A DNA stretch of 63,450 nt, counting the filler, from Basidioascus undulatus (Eukaryota): assembly GCA_000826855.1 (NCBI GenBank). It is 6 parts of 6 records of this genome, joined end to end, with 100 filler letters (N's around TTAATTAATTAA, not from the genome) between each part and the next. Parts side by side here need not be neighbours in the genome. Positions count along the whole stretch, not along the records: positions 1 to 7,090 come from JTLS01001617.1; positions 7,191 to 14,279 come from JTLS01001618.1; 4 more parts are not named here. One strand, written 5' to 3'. Under the pieces are notes generated by a model. The model saw only the letters and a list, made by a program, of their open reading frames with translations. It was not told the origin of the DNA and ran no database searches. This document shows positions 1-10,821 of the stretch, piece by piece. A program made the position numbers and the translations under genes. Positions within the stretch are counted from its first letter, which is position 1. Every line of letters begins with the position of its first letter.

Positions 1-1050
1 CTGGGTGGGCTTGTGCTCGGGCTTCTCTTCCTCCTCGCACTCCTCCTCTGGCTTGTGCTCAGGCTTGTGCTCGGGCTTGTACTCCTCCTTGGGCTTCTCA
101 TAGTATGGCTTCTCGGGCTTGTACTCATTCGCCTTCTCGTTGTAGGGCTTCTTCTCTACCGGCTTGTACTCCTTCTTGGGCTTCTCATAATACTCTGGCT
201 TGTGCTCAGGCTTGGACTCCTCCTTAGGCTTGTAGTACACGGGCTTCTTCTCCTTGTACGCCGGCTTGTGCTCGTAGTACTCGGGCTTCTTCTCGTACTT
301 GGGCGGCGGGGCGTACTCCTTCTGCTCGTAGAAGATCTTCTTCTCCTCCTTCTTTTCCTCGTTCTTGTTCTCGTAGTAGAGCTTCTTCTCCGTGTACTCG
401 GGCTGGTGGCACTCCTCGACCACGGGGCAGTGTGCATGCTCTCCGTGCTTGTGCTCCGGCGCGTAGTACTCTTTCTTGGGGACGTACTCCTGCTTCTCCT
501 TGATGTACTTATATTCGGGCTTCTTCCCGCAGACATGCTTCTCCTCCTTCCACTCTTGCCTGACAGTCACCCAAATTGTCAGCGCCTGGACACCAAAAGC
601 GAAGCAAGGGAGGAAGGTGACACACCACTCATTCTTCTTGCAGTAATCGTTGCACTTGCCCTCATCCTTGCCCCAGTAGCCGCCGTGGTGGAACTCGACC
701 TCGATATACTCCGCCTCATCCTCAGAGTACTCGTCGGAGGAGTACCCATCATCAGAAGAGTCGTCGCCCGAGTCGCTGTCCTCGCGGCGGACCAGCGCAG
801 CGGAGCGGCGGTCGTGGGCGTGCTTGACGTGCTTGTTATCGTACTCCTCCAGGCTGTACGTCAAGTCCGTGGCGACATCGTTGGCGATGTTGACCGGTGC
901 TGACTCGTCCGTCCCCTCCCCCGCCGCCCGGTCAGACACGGCCTTGAGCGCGCGCCGGAAGAGCGAGGTGCGGTCGGGTTGGAGAAGGGGGAAGGCGATG
1001 GAGGAGGCGGAGAGGCCGATGATGGCGATGGGGGCGAAGGAGAGCTTCAT
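1..1050 (-). CDS. Secreted Lys/Glu/Pro/Tyr-rich repetitive protein (3' end runs off the contig)
   Basis: ATG at 1050 gives a signal-peptide-like MKLSFAPIAIIGLSASSIAFP, then an acidic tract (DSDSGDDSSDDGYSSDEYSEDE). After a GT-AG intron (~625-561) come imperfect repeats such as EYKPEHKPEHKPE, KPEYYEKPK and KKPEYYEHKP, open to base 1. Confidence 0.8.
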   Translation of the reverse strand, partial: MKLSFAPIAIIGLSASSIAFPLLQPDRTSLFRRALKAVSDRAAGEGTDESAPVNIANDVATDLTYSLEEYDNKHVKHAHDRRSAALVRREDSDSGDDSSDDGYSSDEYSEDEAEYIEVEFHHGGYWGKDEGKCNDYCKKNEWCVTFLPCFAFGVQALTIWVTVRQEWKEEKHVCGKKPEYKYIKEKQEYVPKKEYYAPEHKHGEHAHCPVVEECHQPEYTEKKLYYENKNEEKKEEKKIFYEQKEYAPPPKYEKKPEYYEHKPAYKEKKPVYYKPKEESKPEHKPEYYEKPKKEYKPVEKKPYNEKANEYKPEKPYYEKPKEEYKPEHKPEHKPEEECEEEEKPEHKPTQ

Positions 1051-2091
1051 TTTTAGGTGTGGTGTGGAAAGAGTGTGGGGTAGAAGGAGTGTGGATCTGC
1101 GGGCGATGAAACGAGAGCGAAAGGCTGTCGAGATGGGGATCTTGCACGACGCAGCTGAGAGACTTCATATAGGACCGCTCCACGGGTCGCGTTGATCGCA
1201 ACAAGGTATGTTGTGATTGCAGGGCGAATATCAGGCTATCAGGGAATGTTTGGGATACCAAACATTGACGTACCGGTGCAGGCAACGAAAGAAGCATCTC
1301 GTTGGCCCTTGCGAGAAGGGGTCACAACGGCCTGCAGGGGCGTTGCTCGCTCCCTCGAGGCTGTACTAGTGAGCCCACACGCATTCCGCCGAGAAGATAT
1401 AGACTGCCAAAAAATGACATGCAACTTGAACTAACAGAACAAGTAGTTATAATCGAAGAGCGCAATGTGAAACACACTGCAGCCGCTTCTAGACTTTCAA
1501 CGTGGTCCCAATCGACTTCGCTCCAGGTCGTCACCTAGATAAAAGTCGTGCCCTATAGGCTGGGAAGATTTGGAAGTCTTCGCGCCCTACAATGAGACAT
1601 AACTTCTACCAGATAGGCGAAACAAGTACCAGACGGTAAGAAAGTTTGAAATCTTACAGCAAGCGGTGATATGAACATTCTCGGGCAGTTGCCAGTGGGC
1701 CTGGGCGACTTTAGTATCGCTGTGTTATCTACGTCCATATCCATCTAAAGTCAATAATATGTGTGCCGGTCGCACAATGAATGCGGTGAAAGCAGGGCTC
1801 CGTCGAAGCTGTGTACCGCCAACACCCATCCCACTGTCAGACTCCAGCAAGATTCAACAGTGGGTGAACCTAATAAAATTTTAGCTGAATAATGCTCATA
1901 TTTGGTCTGAATGATGAACCTGCGGAAACAGGCTGCTCTTTGGCGATCGTGCAACCTGTCTGGCTGAGAATTCTTGTGGCCGACAAGGGTGCCGATAGGC
2001 GAGCCTGCACGCGTCCAAAATCTCGGCGTCTTCCTCCTTGACTCGCATCCTTTCTTTCCTACCTTCTCCACACCCCACACTCGTTTCCACA

Positions 2092-4335
2092 ATGACGGTC
2101 GCCGAGATTCACGACGATTTCGATGCGATCCTTGTGCTGGACTTTGGGTCCCAGGCGAGTCGCAGCGTCGTCAACAGCGTCTTCTCAGGCGTACTCGGCA
2201 GCGGCAACTGACCTGCTCTACCGGAACAGTACTCGCACTTGATCACTCGCAGGTGCCGCGAGATCAACACCTACTGTGAGATGCTTCCGTGCACGCAGAA
2301 GATCTCGGAACTGAAGTGGAAGCCCAAGGGTAAGCTCCTGCCGGCCTTCAAGCGTTCCCCCGCAAGCTGACCCCCGCTCGCAGGTATCATCCTCTCCGGC
2401 TCGCCCTACTCTACCTACGACAAGGACGCCCCTCGCGTTGACCCAAATGTCTTCACCGCGGGCGTCCCTGTTCTTGGAATCTGCTACGGTCTCCAGGTAG
2501 GCGCCATTGACAGCTAGTGTGAGGCTTCGGCTCGCTCACCGGTGTGCGCGAGCTTTACAGGAGATCGCCCACACCTTCGGCGGCAAGGTCGAGGCTTGCG
2601 ACCACCGCGAGTACGGCTTTGCGGAGGTCACCACTCACAAGCATCCTGAGCACCCCTTCGCCGACCGTCTGTTCGAGGGCATCGAGGGCCCCACGCAGGT
2701 GAGCGAGCATTCCACCATGCTGGACGATCATTGGGAGGACGGGGCGGAGCAGGCGGGCGCTGGGCGTTACTCTTATGCGGGATATTGACAAGCCCATTCA
2801 ACGCAGGTCTGGATGTCTCACGGCGACGCCGTCTCCGCTCCTCCTCCCGACTTCCTCACCATCGCCTCCACCCCTACTGCCCCCTACGCCGCCATTGTCC
2901 ACCCCACCAAGCCTATCTACGGTGTCCAGTTCCACGCCGAGGTCACGCACTCTACGCGTGGCAAGGAGGTCATCGCGCGCTTCGTTCGCGACATCTGCGG
3001 GTGCAGGGGTGACTGGAGCATGGTGCGTGGTGCTCCTGTTGTCGGGATGGGACAGCGCTCACACATCCTTTGGGACCGCAGGAGTCGTTCATCGACAAGG
3101 AGATCAACCGCATTCGGGAGATTTGCGGTGAGAAGGGGCGGGTTATTGGCGCTGTCAGCGGTGGTGTTGACAGCTCGGTCGCGGCCAAGCTGATGCACGA
3201 GGCGATCGGCGACCGGTGCGTTTGCTCTGCACTTGACAAGCTGCGGGATCACATCTGACTTTTAATTTCGCACAGTTTCCACGCCATCATGGTCGACAAC
3301 GGTGTCCTCCGGCTGAACGAGGCGGCGCAGGTGCACAAGATGCTGAACGAGGACCTGGGCGTGAACCTGACCGTCGTCGACGCGTCTGAGCTCTTCCTCT
3401 CGCGCCTCGCGGGCGTCGATGACCCCGAACGCAAGCGCAAGATCATCGGCAACACGTTCATCGAGGTGTTTGAGGCCGAGGCCGCCAAGCTCGAGGCCGC
3501 CGCGGAGAAGGAGGAGGCCGAGACCGGCGGCGAGAGCAAGGGCAAGATCGAGTGGCTCCTACAGGGCACGCTCTACCCCGACGTCATCGAGAGCATCAGC
3601 TTTAAGGGCCCCAGCGCGACGATCAAGACCCACCACAACGTCGGTGGCCTCCTCGCGGACATGAAGCTCAAGCTCATCGAGCCGCTGCGTGAGCTATTCA
3701 AGGGTGCGTTTCCCCGTCGATTGGGATGGTGCCTCCCAGGCTGACTTCGCTCTTCGGTACAGACGAGGTCCGCGCGCTCGGCCGCCTGCTCAAGATCCCC
3801 GAGCACCTCGTCGGGCGCCACCCCTTCCCCGGCCCCGGCCTCGCGATCCGCATCCTCGGCCCCGTCTCCGCGCCGCAGGTGCACATCGTCCAGCAGGCGG
3901 ACGCTATCTACATCGAGGAGATCCGCAAGGCGGGCCTGTACGACCAGATCAGCCAGGCGTACGCGGCCCTCCTCCCCGTCCGCGCCGTTGGCGTCCAGGG
4001 CGACAAGCGCACGTACGATCAGATCATCTCCCTCCGCGCCGTCACCACCGACGACTTCATGACCGCCGACTGTGCGTTTCTCTACCCTATCCGAGACCGA
4101 GTTGAGGTCGACATGTGCTGATGCCCGATTTTGATTGTGGCAGGGTTCGAGTTCCCCCCCGCTGTTATGCGCCGGATCTCCTCCAGGATCACGAACGAGG
4201 TCCGCGGTGTCAACCGGGTGCTCTATGAGGCAGGTCGCAGCGGCTTTTCGTTCAGCACCTTCGAACGAAACACTGACCGTCCTTCCTCCCTTGCAGGTTA
4301 CCTCCAAGCCCCCTGCCACCATCGAGATGGAGTGA
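2092..4335 (+). CDS. GUA1: GMP synthase (glutamine-hydrolysing), multi-exon
   Basis: Spliced translation shows [99 protein letters not shown] and [12 protein letters not shown]. Confidence 0.97.
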
Positions 4336-5542
4336 TTCTTTATACCCGTTTCTGCATTTTTCGTCATTGTATTCTTGGGATGTAGCGCATAGACTGTAGA
4401 ACTCTCGGCACTTCGCATGGCATGCTGTGTGCGACTTGAACAGGCCCAGCTGGTACCCACCGTGCCCTCACACAAGCTCGCGCTGAAGTCTTGCTCATGG
4501 GACGGATTCCGCGATGGGTGACACATGTCACCCAGCGGCTGTCCCACTATATGCATCGGAAGGAACACTCGAGCCTTGTGCGCCTTCGACTCTCCCATCA
4601 GAGGCACGCGGTGGCTGGATATAAAAATACTCGATAAGCGCAGCAGCCATGGTTGGTGCGGCCCATGCTTCCATACTGCTGCGAAAATCGGTCGGCGAGA
4701 AAGGTGTCTCCGTCATCGACCTCGGTGTAGCTCTAGGACTGTAGGTGGTAAATACATGCAGAGCCAGTAGTACTTTTTATGGTGACCTCTAGGCCGACAT
4801 CCGCACATGCAGTCGCTGCCAACATGTGCATTGTGGTGCCAACGTCCACAGTATATGAAAGCGGCCCTACACCTCCTGACAAGGCAATATTTTAGGAAGC
4901 TACTGGATGAAAAGTAGCTCTACATTTAGGTTTCCTTCGAAGAAAAGACGCAGATGCAGTCGTGACCACGCTCGGAAGTCACTGATGTATTATTTCGTAC
5001 AAAGTGACGGACCCCAGGATCAACATCCCCGACAAGAGGTGCTCTCCGTCCACGCTGCTGACTCCAGTTTCTGGTCCTTCAGGACTGTGGAGCCCAAGTG
5101 GAGCCAGATCATGCCCCGCTGTGCCTCGGCGGCCAGACAGGGAGACTCCGCAGTGAAAACAAAGGAAGTCGCCATGCATGCCACTGCCCGCGTGGTTCAT
5201 GCACTTATGGCCGGTGTACTCAATACTTTGCGTCTTGGTATCGTTGTCAGCTTGCGTCGGCAGTGACCGGATGGGCGACATTTAGGGGGGACTCGATTGT
5301 TATGTTACAGAACCTGTCTCCGAGCCTGCTTTGCAGTGCCAAAAATGTATGCATCTGTCTCACCGATCTCCTTGAGCAGGTTTGGGATATTTGCGGGTTC
5401 TTCGGTCTTCTTGAGTGATGTAGCGGGGTACAGCGACTCCTGGGACTCCACAAGTTATAAGAGTGGCGGGTTTCCGGGCTGGTCCTCTCTCACCCGGTCA
5501 ACCAAATCCCTTCCCCCCTCTCCCCATTTTCTCCACGACAGG

Positions 5543-6216
5543 ATGCGTACTTCCAAGCTCGTCGCTGCTGTTGCTTTCACTCTCTCCGCTGCAACGCTCG
5601 TTGTGGCTCAACCAGTGCCGGACAAGCGTGAACCTTTCGACAAGTCCGGCAACCTCAAGGTAAGCCTGTTATCAAGCAAAGCCTGCTTGAACGCATTATC
5701 TTGCTTATGCATCTGACCACCAGATTGAGGTTCACCTCATTGACCTGACGCTTCCCGACCCGGCCACCGGTGGCGGAAACAGCTATTTGTCAGGCGCGAC
5801 GAAGGTCGCTTACCCGGACGGTAGCACCAGCTGTACGCTTTGGGTCCACATGCTTGGTGGCCTACTGAACAACAGGCCCCTTCCCTCCGAACCTATCTCA
5901 GTGCCAACTGCCGGAAGGCTGAGGACGCCTACCCGAATGGGTATCCCAAATACTGCGATGTTCCCCAGTAGGGCAGCCTCAACTACGGCATCAGGGTCCA
6001 AATTTAGCATGCACGCACCCACTTCCAGGTACTTGCCTAAACCGCTGCTGCAGCTCACACATATGAGCAGTTCCTGTCAGTTCGACCATCTGGGCGGCTA
6101 TGTGAACTTCAACTTCTGCGACAAGCACCGCGTAAGTGCAGACCCGCTACCTTCGAGCTATCCGATTCACACATAGTGACATTCTGACGGTGGCGCAGTG
6201 CTACGACACCAATTAA
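5543..6216 (+). CDS. Small secreted Cys-containing protein; middle exons uncertain, possibly disrupted
   Basis: Signal peptide MRTSKLVAAVAFTLSAATLVVA followed by a KR site; clean intron 5660-5723; terminal exons read FDHLGGYVNFNFCDKHR|CYDTN* (TAA 6214-6216). Confidence 0.55.
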
Positions 6217-6297
6217 TGGACAGCCGGAGTGCGGCCACGAAGGGGGCGGCCTTGAGGCCTTCTCCTCTGACCTCTCCGCGGTGTGTTACGTTGATGT

Positions 6298-7090
6298 CTA
6301 GGTCGCCTGTCGAGCGTGCTCCTTTATTGTTTCACTCCCTTTATTTTCATTCTTAGTCAAGCGCTCCACACAAGCCAATCGAAATGAGAACCGTTTCCTT
6401 ATACAGCCAGTTGATTCAATGTCGTATGCCTGATGCACATCGAACAGTATTGTTCTGGAGTGCACCTTCAGCCGGAAAATAACCACAGAGCCCCATAATT
6501 TCATCAGAGATATACATTACTTCCATGGCCACTGAAGAAGAAGGAGAATGCCACCGGCGAAGAGTAGTATTGTGAGCCAAACGTAAAGAAAGCAGAAGCA
6601 GCGTGCTCCCTACAAAGCCCATTGGTACCTACAAAGACGTTCACACTATGCTCAACACATAGTTGTCTAGGCCCGTACATGTCCCCCACCCTCCTTATGT
6701 GCAGTCGCGAAGCACACTCTCATCGCACACATCGATCCCGGCGCAGATTCGATCTACAGAGCGCTCTGCTGACCCTGAATAGGAAGCCATAGTGTACGTT
6801 CTCAATTACATTTCCTCCATTTATATAGTCGACCGTACCTATGCTGCCACAAAAGAAAAGAATGTCAGTGTATGAGCGGCAGTGGGGCGCGGCAATGGCA
6901 TAGCAACAGACGCACTTTCGAGGGCTGCGATCGAGATCCCACATTCAGTGAGCTGTCCCTCGCCCTTGCAATAGGAGTGGGACGTACAGAAGAAAAACAT
7001 CGTGAGGCCCGAAGGCAGGAAGAGCACGCCGATTGCCGCAGACGGGCACGGACGGCGTGTTCTCGCTGCCGTAGGTGCGCGTGCAGATGA
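6298..7090 (-). CDS. Possible 3' part of a micro-exon-rich gene of unknown function (truncated by the contig end)
   Basis: Hydrophobic stretch IGVLFLPSGLTMFFF followed by GTACGT/GTGCGT donors, CTGAC branch sites and YAG acceptors around short exons. The product was not recognised. Confidence 0.25.
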
Positions 7091-7190
7091 NNNNNNNNNN
7101 NNNNNNNNNNNNNNNNNNNNNNNNNNNNNNNNNNTTAATTAATTAANNNNNNNNNNNNNNNNNNNNNNNNNNNNNNNNNNNNNNNNNNNN
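7091..7190. other. Artificial contig linker (N-TTAATTAATTAA-N)
   Basis: 100-nt N-run with a six-frame stop cassette. Confidence 0.99.
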
Positions 7191-8255
7191 CTACGCATCA
7201 GAATGCAGAGGAAGAGCCTTCATTGGGAGGAAAGGATGGCGAGGGGAAGACGGTGAGACAGCTACGATGCGCCGGCGGGCTTTCCGCTCTGCCTGCTTGC
7301 AGGCGCAGACATGCCCAAGCTTAGGCGCGCCTCCCAACTCCCTGCGCCAGACTACCTACAGTCGCGTTCGGTGTGTCAATTCTGATAAAGCCTACGACTT
7401 TCCGTAGTTCTGTTTTCCTACCCACCACTGAAAGTTTCTAAACCTAACGAAAATTACCATCACAAACACCCACAAACACAGCCCTTGCAGCTTGCACCCG
7501 GATGCCTGGCGCTAGGTAGACCGCAGCGTCTGCACGTCAGTGAGGTCCTTCGCCAAAAGGCTGTGTCGCGTAGATAATCAGACTCCGTAAAATACTAGCC
7601 TAGCCTGTAAGAGCATCTCCGTGAATCAAGCACACAGGGTCCAGCCGCCATGGAGTGTCTCCGCTACGTGCCTTTCTAAGCTACTCAGCTGGTGAACGGT
7701 CAATCTGCTTTCGACAGGCCAGGTTCGGGTACAGCGTTCTTTTGCATCAGCTATGCTGTTGCAAGTTTTAAGTATTGGTTGCCATTGGCAGCATGTTGGC
7801 TGACAGTCCTCCCCTATGCTGCTCTGCAGCAGCTTCAGGTTCCACCTCGACCCACCCTGCCCGCCACATTCTACAGGAATGGACAGGTGTTTGGCGGGCC
7901 CGAAATGCACACAAAATTACCGCCTTTCCTTTGAAACGCTATCTTGAAAAATATGTCTTTACGGGCATGGAAGTCTGTTGTTCAGCAGTGCTCGGTTCGG
8001 GTGTTGTGTGATGCTGATGTGCCGCATTGCGAGCTGTTACGCTCACCAGCCTTTCATCAATCCACTCTGAATTTTTAGATTACCCCGCCAATTCCTTACG
8101 TAAGGGTGTGGATCTCACTTGCAGATGTTACAGACACTCCGCCTTTCCAGCGACTTACATCCTCGGCTGCTGGCCATTCGACGCTGTCGCATCGCCGCAA
8201 GCTGCCCCCATGTCCCCCTGCGTTCCAGAGCATCAATGTGCATATGAAGGTAAAG

Positions 8256-8266
8256 AAAAAGAAAAA
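8256..8266 (-). terminator. RNA polymerase III oligo-T terminator of the permuted tRNA gene
   Basis: The minus strand reads TTTTTCTTTTT starting 3 nt after G37 of the tRNA 5' half. Confidence 0.8.
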
Positions 8267-8268
8267 TA

Positions 8269-8344
8269 CCGAAGTCTAGCGCCTTGCCATTAGGCCACGC
8301 GGCCGAATCGACCACGACGCGACTCGAACGCGCAATCTCTAGAA
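8269..8344 (-). tRNA. Circularly permuted tRNA-Arg(UCG): 3' half 8344-8309, ATTC spacer 8308-8305, 5' half 8304-8269
   Basis: Minus strand: T TCTAG AGATT GCGCG TTCGAGT CGCGT CGTGGTC G | ATTC | GGCCGCG TG GCCT AATGGCA AGGC G CTAGA CT TCG G. The reassembled 72-nt cloverleaf pairs fully: acceptor 7/7 (two G-U), D stem 4/4, anticodon stem 5/5, T stem 5/5 (one G-U). Confidence 0.9.
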
Positions 8345-8353
8345 ATCAGTTTG

Positions 8354-8386
8354 CCGCTCAGGCAAGTGAACAGTGACCGTTTAAAT
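8354..8386 (-). promoter_or_regulatory. Putative Pol III promoter elements in the permuted tRNA leader: A-box-like TGCCTGAGCGG (8364-8354) and AT-rich ATTTAAA (8386-8380)
   Basis: One mismatch to the A-box consensus TRGYNNARNGG, starting about 35 nt upstream of the T-loop B-box core GTTCGAGTC (8329-8321). Confidence 0.45.
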
Positions 8387-8999
8387 CTTCAGTATCTTTG
8401 TGTGGCGTCAATGGTTGAGCCGGTTATCATGCACTCCCTGGCGGCTTCAAAGGCAGAATTCCGTGGTTGGAACGGTCTGGATATCGGAGGGCCCTGCGAG
8501 AGATAGATGGTTCCAGGAGGGTGAGGGTGCAATGCCAGGACCTGCGGGGAGGAGAGGAAAGCGACCTGGCCGGTTGGGCGGGTTTGCAGGGTAGTGTGTG
8601 GGAAGAACAGGCAGGTGGTAGTGTGTAGCTGATTTGAGAGTTTTAAGGTAAGCGTGCTCGCCTGCTTCTCCACGTGCAGGGGCCTTCCCCCAGCTATGCA
8701 GTGAGTATCTGCTTGTGGCGGCATGGATCACGCCTTCAGAAAGCAAATGAATGGAAGAATGACCCGAAAATGTACTCAAATTCTATTATGGGTCCTTTAT
8801 TCAAGGCTATACGAAGCAAAGTCGAGTACGCGTCTTAGGGCAGTCGGGAGGGTCGTTTTGCACACTCCGAGGCCTGCGTTTCGCACACACACCAGATACC
8901 ATGGCATTCTCTCGGGATTGGGTTTCTTTTATTTGGCCATACAACAGGACTCGGCTAAATGAACCGCATCGTCGGCAGCTCATTGAAAAATAGGGAACT

Positions 9000-9558
9000 A
9001 TGGGCAGGATGGGCGACGACGCTCAACGTTCGACGTTCCATCGCCCCGTTCGCTATCGGTACATCGACTTCGAGCTCAGAATTTGCTACCCCACCAACCT
9101 CCCCGCCGAGAGCTGCGGGATATCTGGCCTTCCAGTCCTCAAGTACGGTCGCCACGTCCCTCCCGAGATGCTGCAGCCCGAGCCGTACGATCCTTTCCCA
9201 GCCGACGTTTGGCAGCGACAGCTTCGGGTGACGTTCTTCGTCCGTTCAACGAGAATTTCGTTCTCATCATAGCGTTACTGACATTTTTTCAAACTTTACG
9301 CTCCAGAATGTCTTCTCCGTCGCTCCCGGGATTGAGAAGGCCGTCCACGCGATGTTCGCCGCAGACCTGGCGGCGCGGACAACTGCGCTGGGGCGTTGAC
9401 GCTCCTGCGGGACGGCCGATTATCCGTTAGGGATGAAGACCTCGACTCCTTCTTAAACCAGGGGAACTACGACAGCGAGCCACCCCTTGAGGACGAGTTC
9501 GGAGGATACGGTACGGACCCGAAAGCGAGGTTTCCGGAGCTGAGGAGGGCCTTCTAAG
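9000..9558 (+). pseudogene. Remnant of a fungal protein kinase-like gene (resembles the basidiomycete AgaK1 type)
   Basis: RSTFHRPVRYRYIDFEL and PPEMLQPEPYDPFPADVWQ resemble kinase subdomains VII-IX. No N-lobe was found and the frame breaks downstream. Confidence 0.55.
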
Positions 9559-9893
9559 CTAGTTGTATATGTCTTACTTAAAGATATAGCCCCAATTACA
9601 AAGCAATGTCTCGTCGTCTTCAGGCCTCTTCAAGCGTCGTGCTGCATTTAAGGAGACGCCGGCGCAGTCCCGCTAGTGCCCGCTGCCGTCCCGCCCGTTA
9701 CCTTCTTCAGCCGGCACTCGGCCGTACAGATGAATTTATGAGTCTACGTACAACCTGATTGAATGTTTGCATAGTAGAATTAAACTATGATCCGGAGAAG
9801 TTCCGCCGTCGCTGGTGTAGGCCGAACCTGTACGATGTGACTTCCTTTCCTCCCGCCGTGTCCAAGCTGAATCACCTTTGTAGCTCACTGGCG

Positions 9894-10661
9894 ATGCAAC
9901 CCCTCCAAAAGAGCCCCAAGAATATAAACGAAGAAACAATCGGAATTCTCGAAGAGGCTCTCGCCGACGCAGAAGCAGCTCTCTTGCTGCTCGAGTCTGC
10001 CGCCGAGCCAACGCCGCCACAGCCATCACATCGACCCCCAGTCGCTCCGACACGCGGAGGATCGACATCGGCAACCTCGCGCACACCGAATTCTGTCCGA
10101 TTTGAGCCTTTTGCAACACTAGAACCTGAACATCCCACCGCTTCGCCTCAACAGCCATGGCGTTCGCAGGTGAGCTGGGCGCGCGAGCAAGCGCGGCTGC
10201 GCGAGTGGGCGGACTACCTCTGGACGCGCCGGATCTTCCGGCCGCTGCGCACTGAGCATTCCGCTTCACCATCACCACCTATGGGCGAAAGGACTGCAAT
10301 TCCGAATCCGCCTCCCCTTACTTTGGATCGGCAGAAGTTGGTGCAGAGGCACCGCGAGAAGGTCGGGCGGATGCAGTGGGAGGCGCTGCAGGGCGTACAG
10401 AAGAAGCCGGTGGATCAGCAGGGAGCGGACCAGAGGGAAGAGGTCTGGGCGATGAAGCTGAAGGCAAGGGCGAGGACGGCGGCGCAGATGCAGGGTGGTG
10501 TGGGAGGTCGAGTGGTAAAGGGCAAGGATAACCGCAGCGGAAGGCAGGAGGGCGGCGCACTCGGTAAGGAAGTCAAGAACGTGCGGGAGAACAGGAAGTT
10601 GGGTATGGAGAGAGTGGCCCGTTGGAGGGATTCCCAACAAGAGACATCTAGAATTGGATAA
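9894..10661 (+). CDS. Hypothetical basic, low-complexity protein
   Basis: Uninterrupted ORF from ATG 9894; no recognisable domain. Confidence 0.35.
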   Translation: MQPLQKSPKNINEETIGILEEALADAEAALLLLESAAEPTPPQPSHRPPVAPTRGGSTSATSRTPNSVRFEPFATLEPEHPTASPQQPWRSQVSWAREQARLREWADYLWTRRIFRPLRTEHSASPSPPMGERTAIPNPPPLTLDRQKLVQRHREKVGRMQWEALQGVQKKPVDQQGADQREEVWAMKLKARARTAAQMQGGVGGRVVKGKDNRSGRQEGGALGKEVKNVRENRKLGMERVARWRDSQQETSRIG

Positions 10662-10821
10662 ATAGGACGGTCTGGTCCATGCGCAGACGCATCACAGAAT
10701 GCTTCGCGTGCAACGGGGCTGAAACAGCCGGTCTGAAAACATACACACACACGGCACACGATCCACAAGCTCGTTATAACCTTCCCTCATCTCTTTCGTT
10801 TCTTTCCTCTCTGTCGATCGT

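Noticed and set aside
1..560. KEX2-processed repeat (KEP) or dikaritin-type RiPP precursor
   Set aside because: The repeats are degenerate and not delimited by KR/RR sites, and no tailoring genes are visible on this contig.
13..903. 296-aa Leu/Val-rich plus-strand ORF that looks like a membrane protein
   Set aside because: It is the antisense shadow of the AAG/GAG/TAC-rich repeat gene on the minus strand.
4143..4156. T-arm/B-box-like GGGTTCGAGTTCCC
   Set aside because: It lies at the start of a GUA1 coding exon and has no other tRNA arms.
4515..4534. Palindrome TGGGTGACA-CA-TGTCACCCA downstream of GUA1
   Set aside because: Short and isolated; compatible with chance in a window of this size.
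8150..8450. Two ordinary tandem intron-containing tRNA genes as an explanation of the 3'-then-5' order
   Set aside because: No acceptor/D-arm/anticodon 5' half lies upstream of 8344 and no T-arm lies downstream of 8269; an oligo-T terminator follows the 5' half directly.
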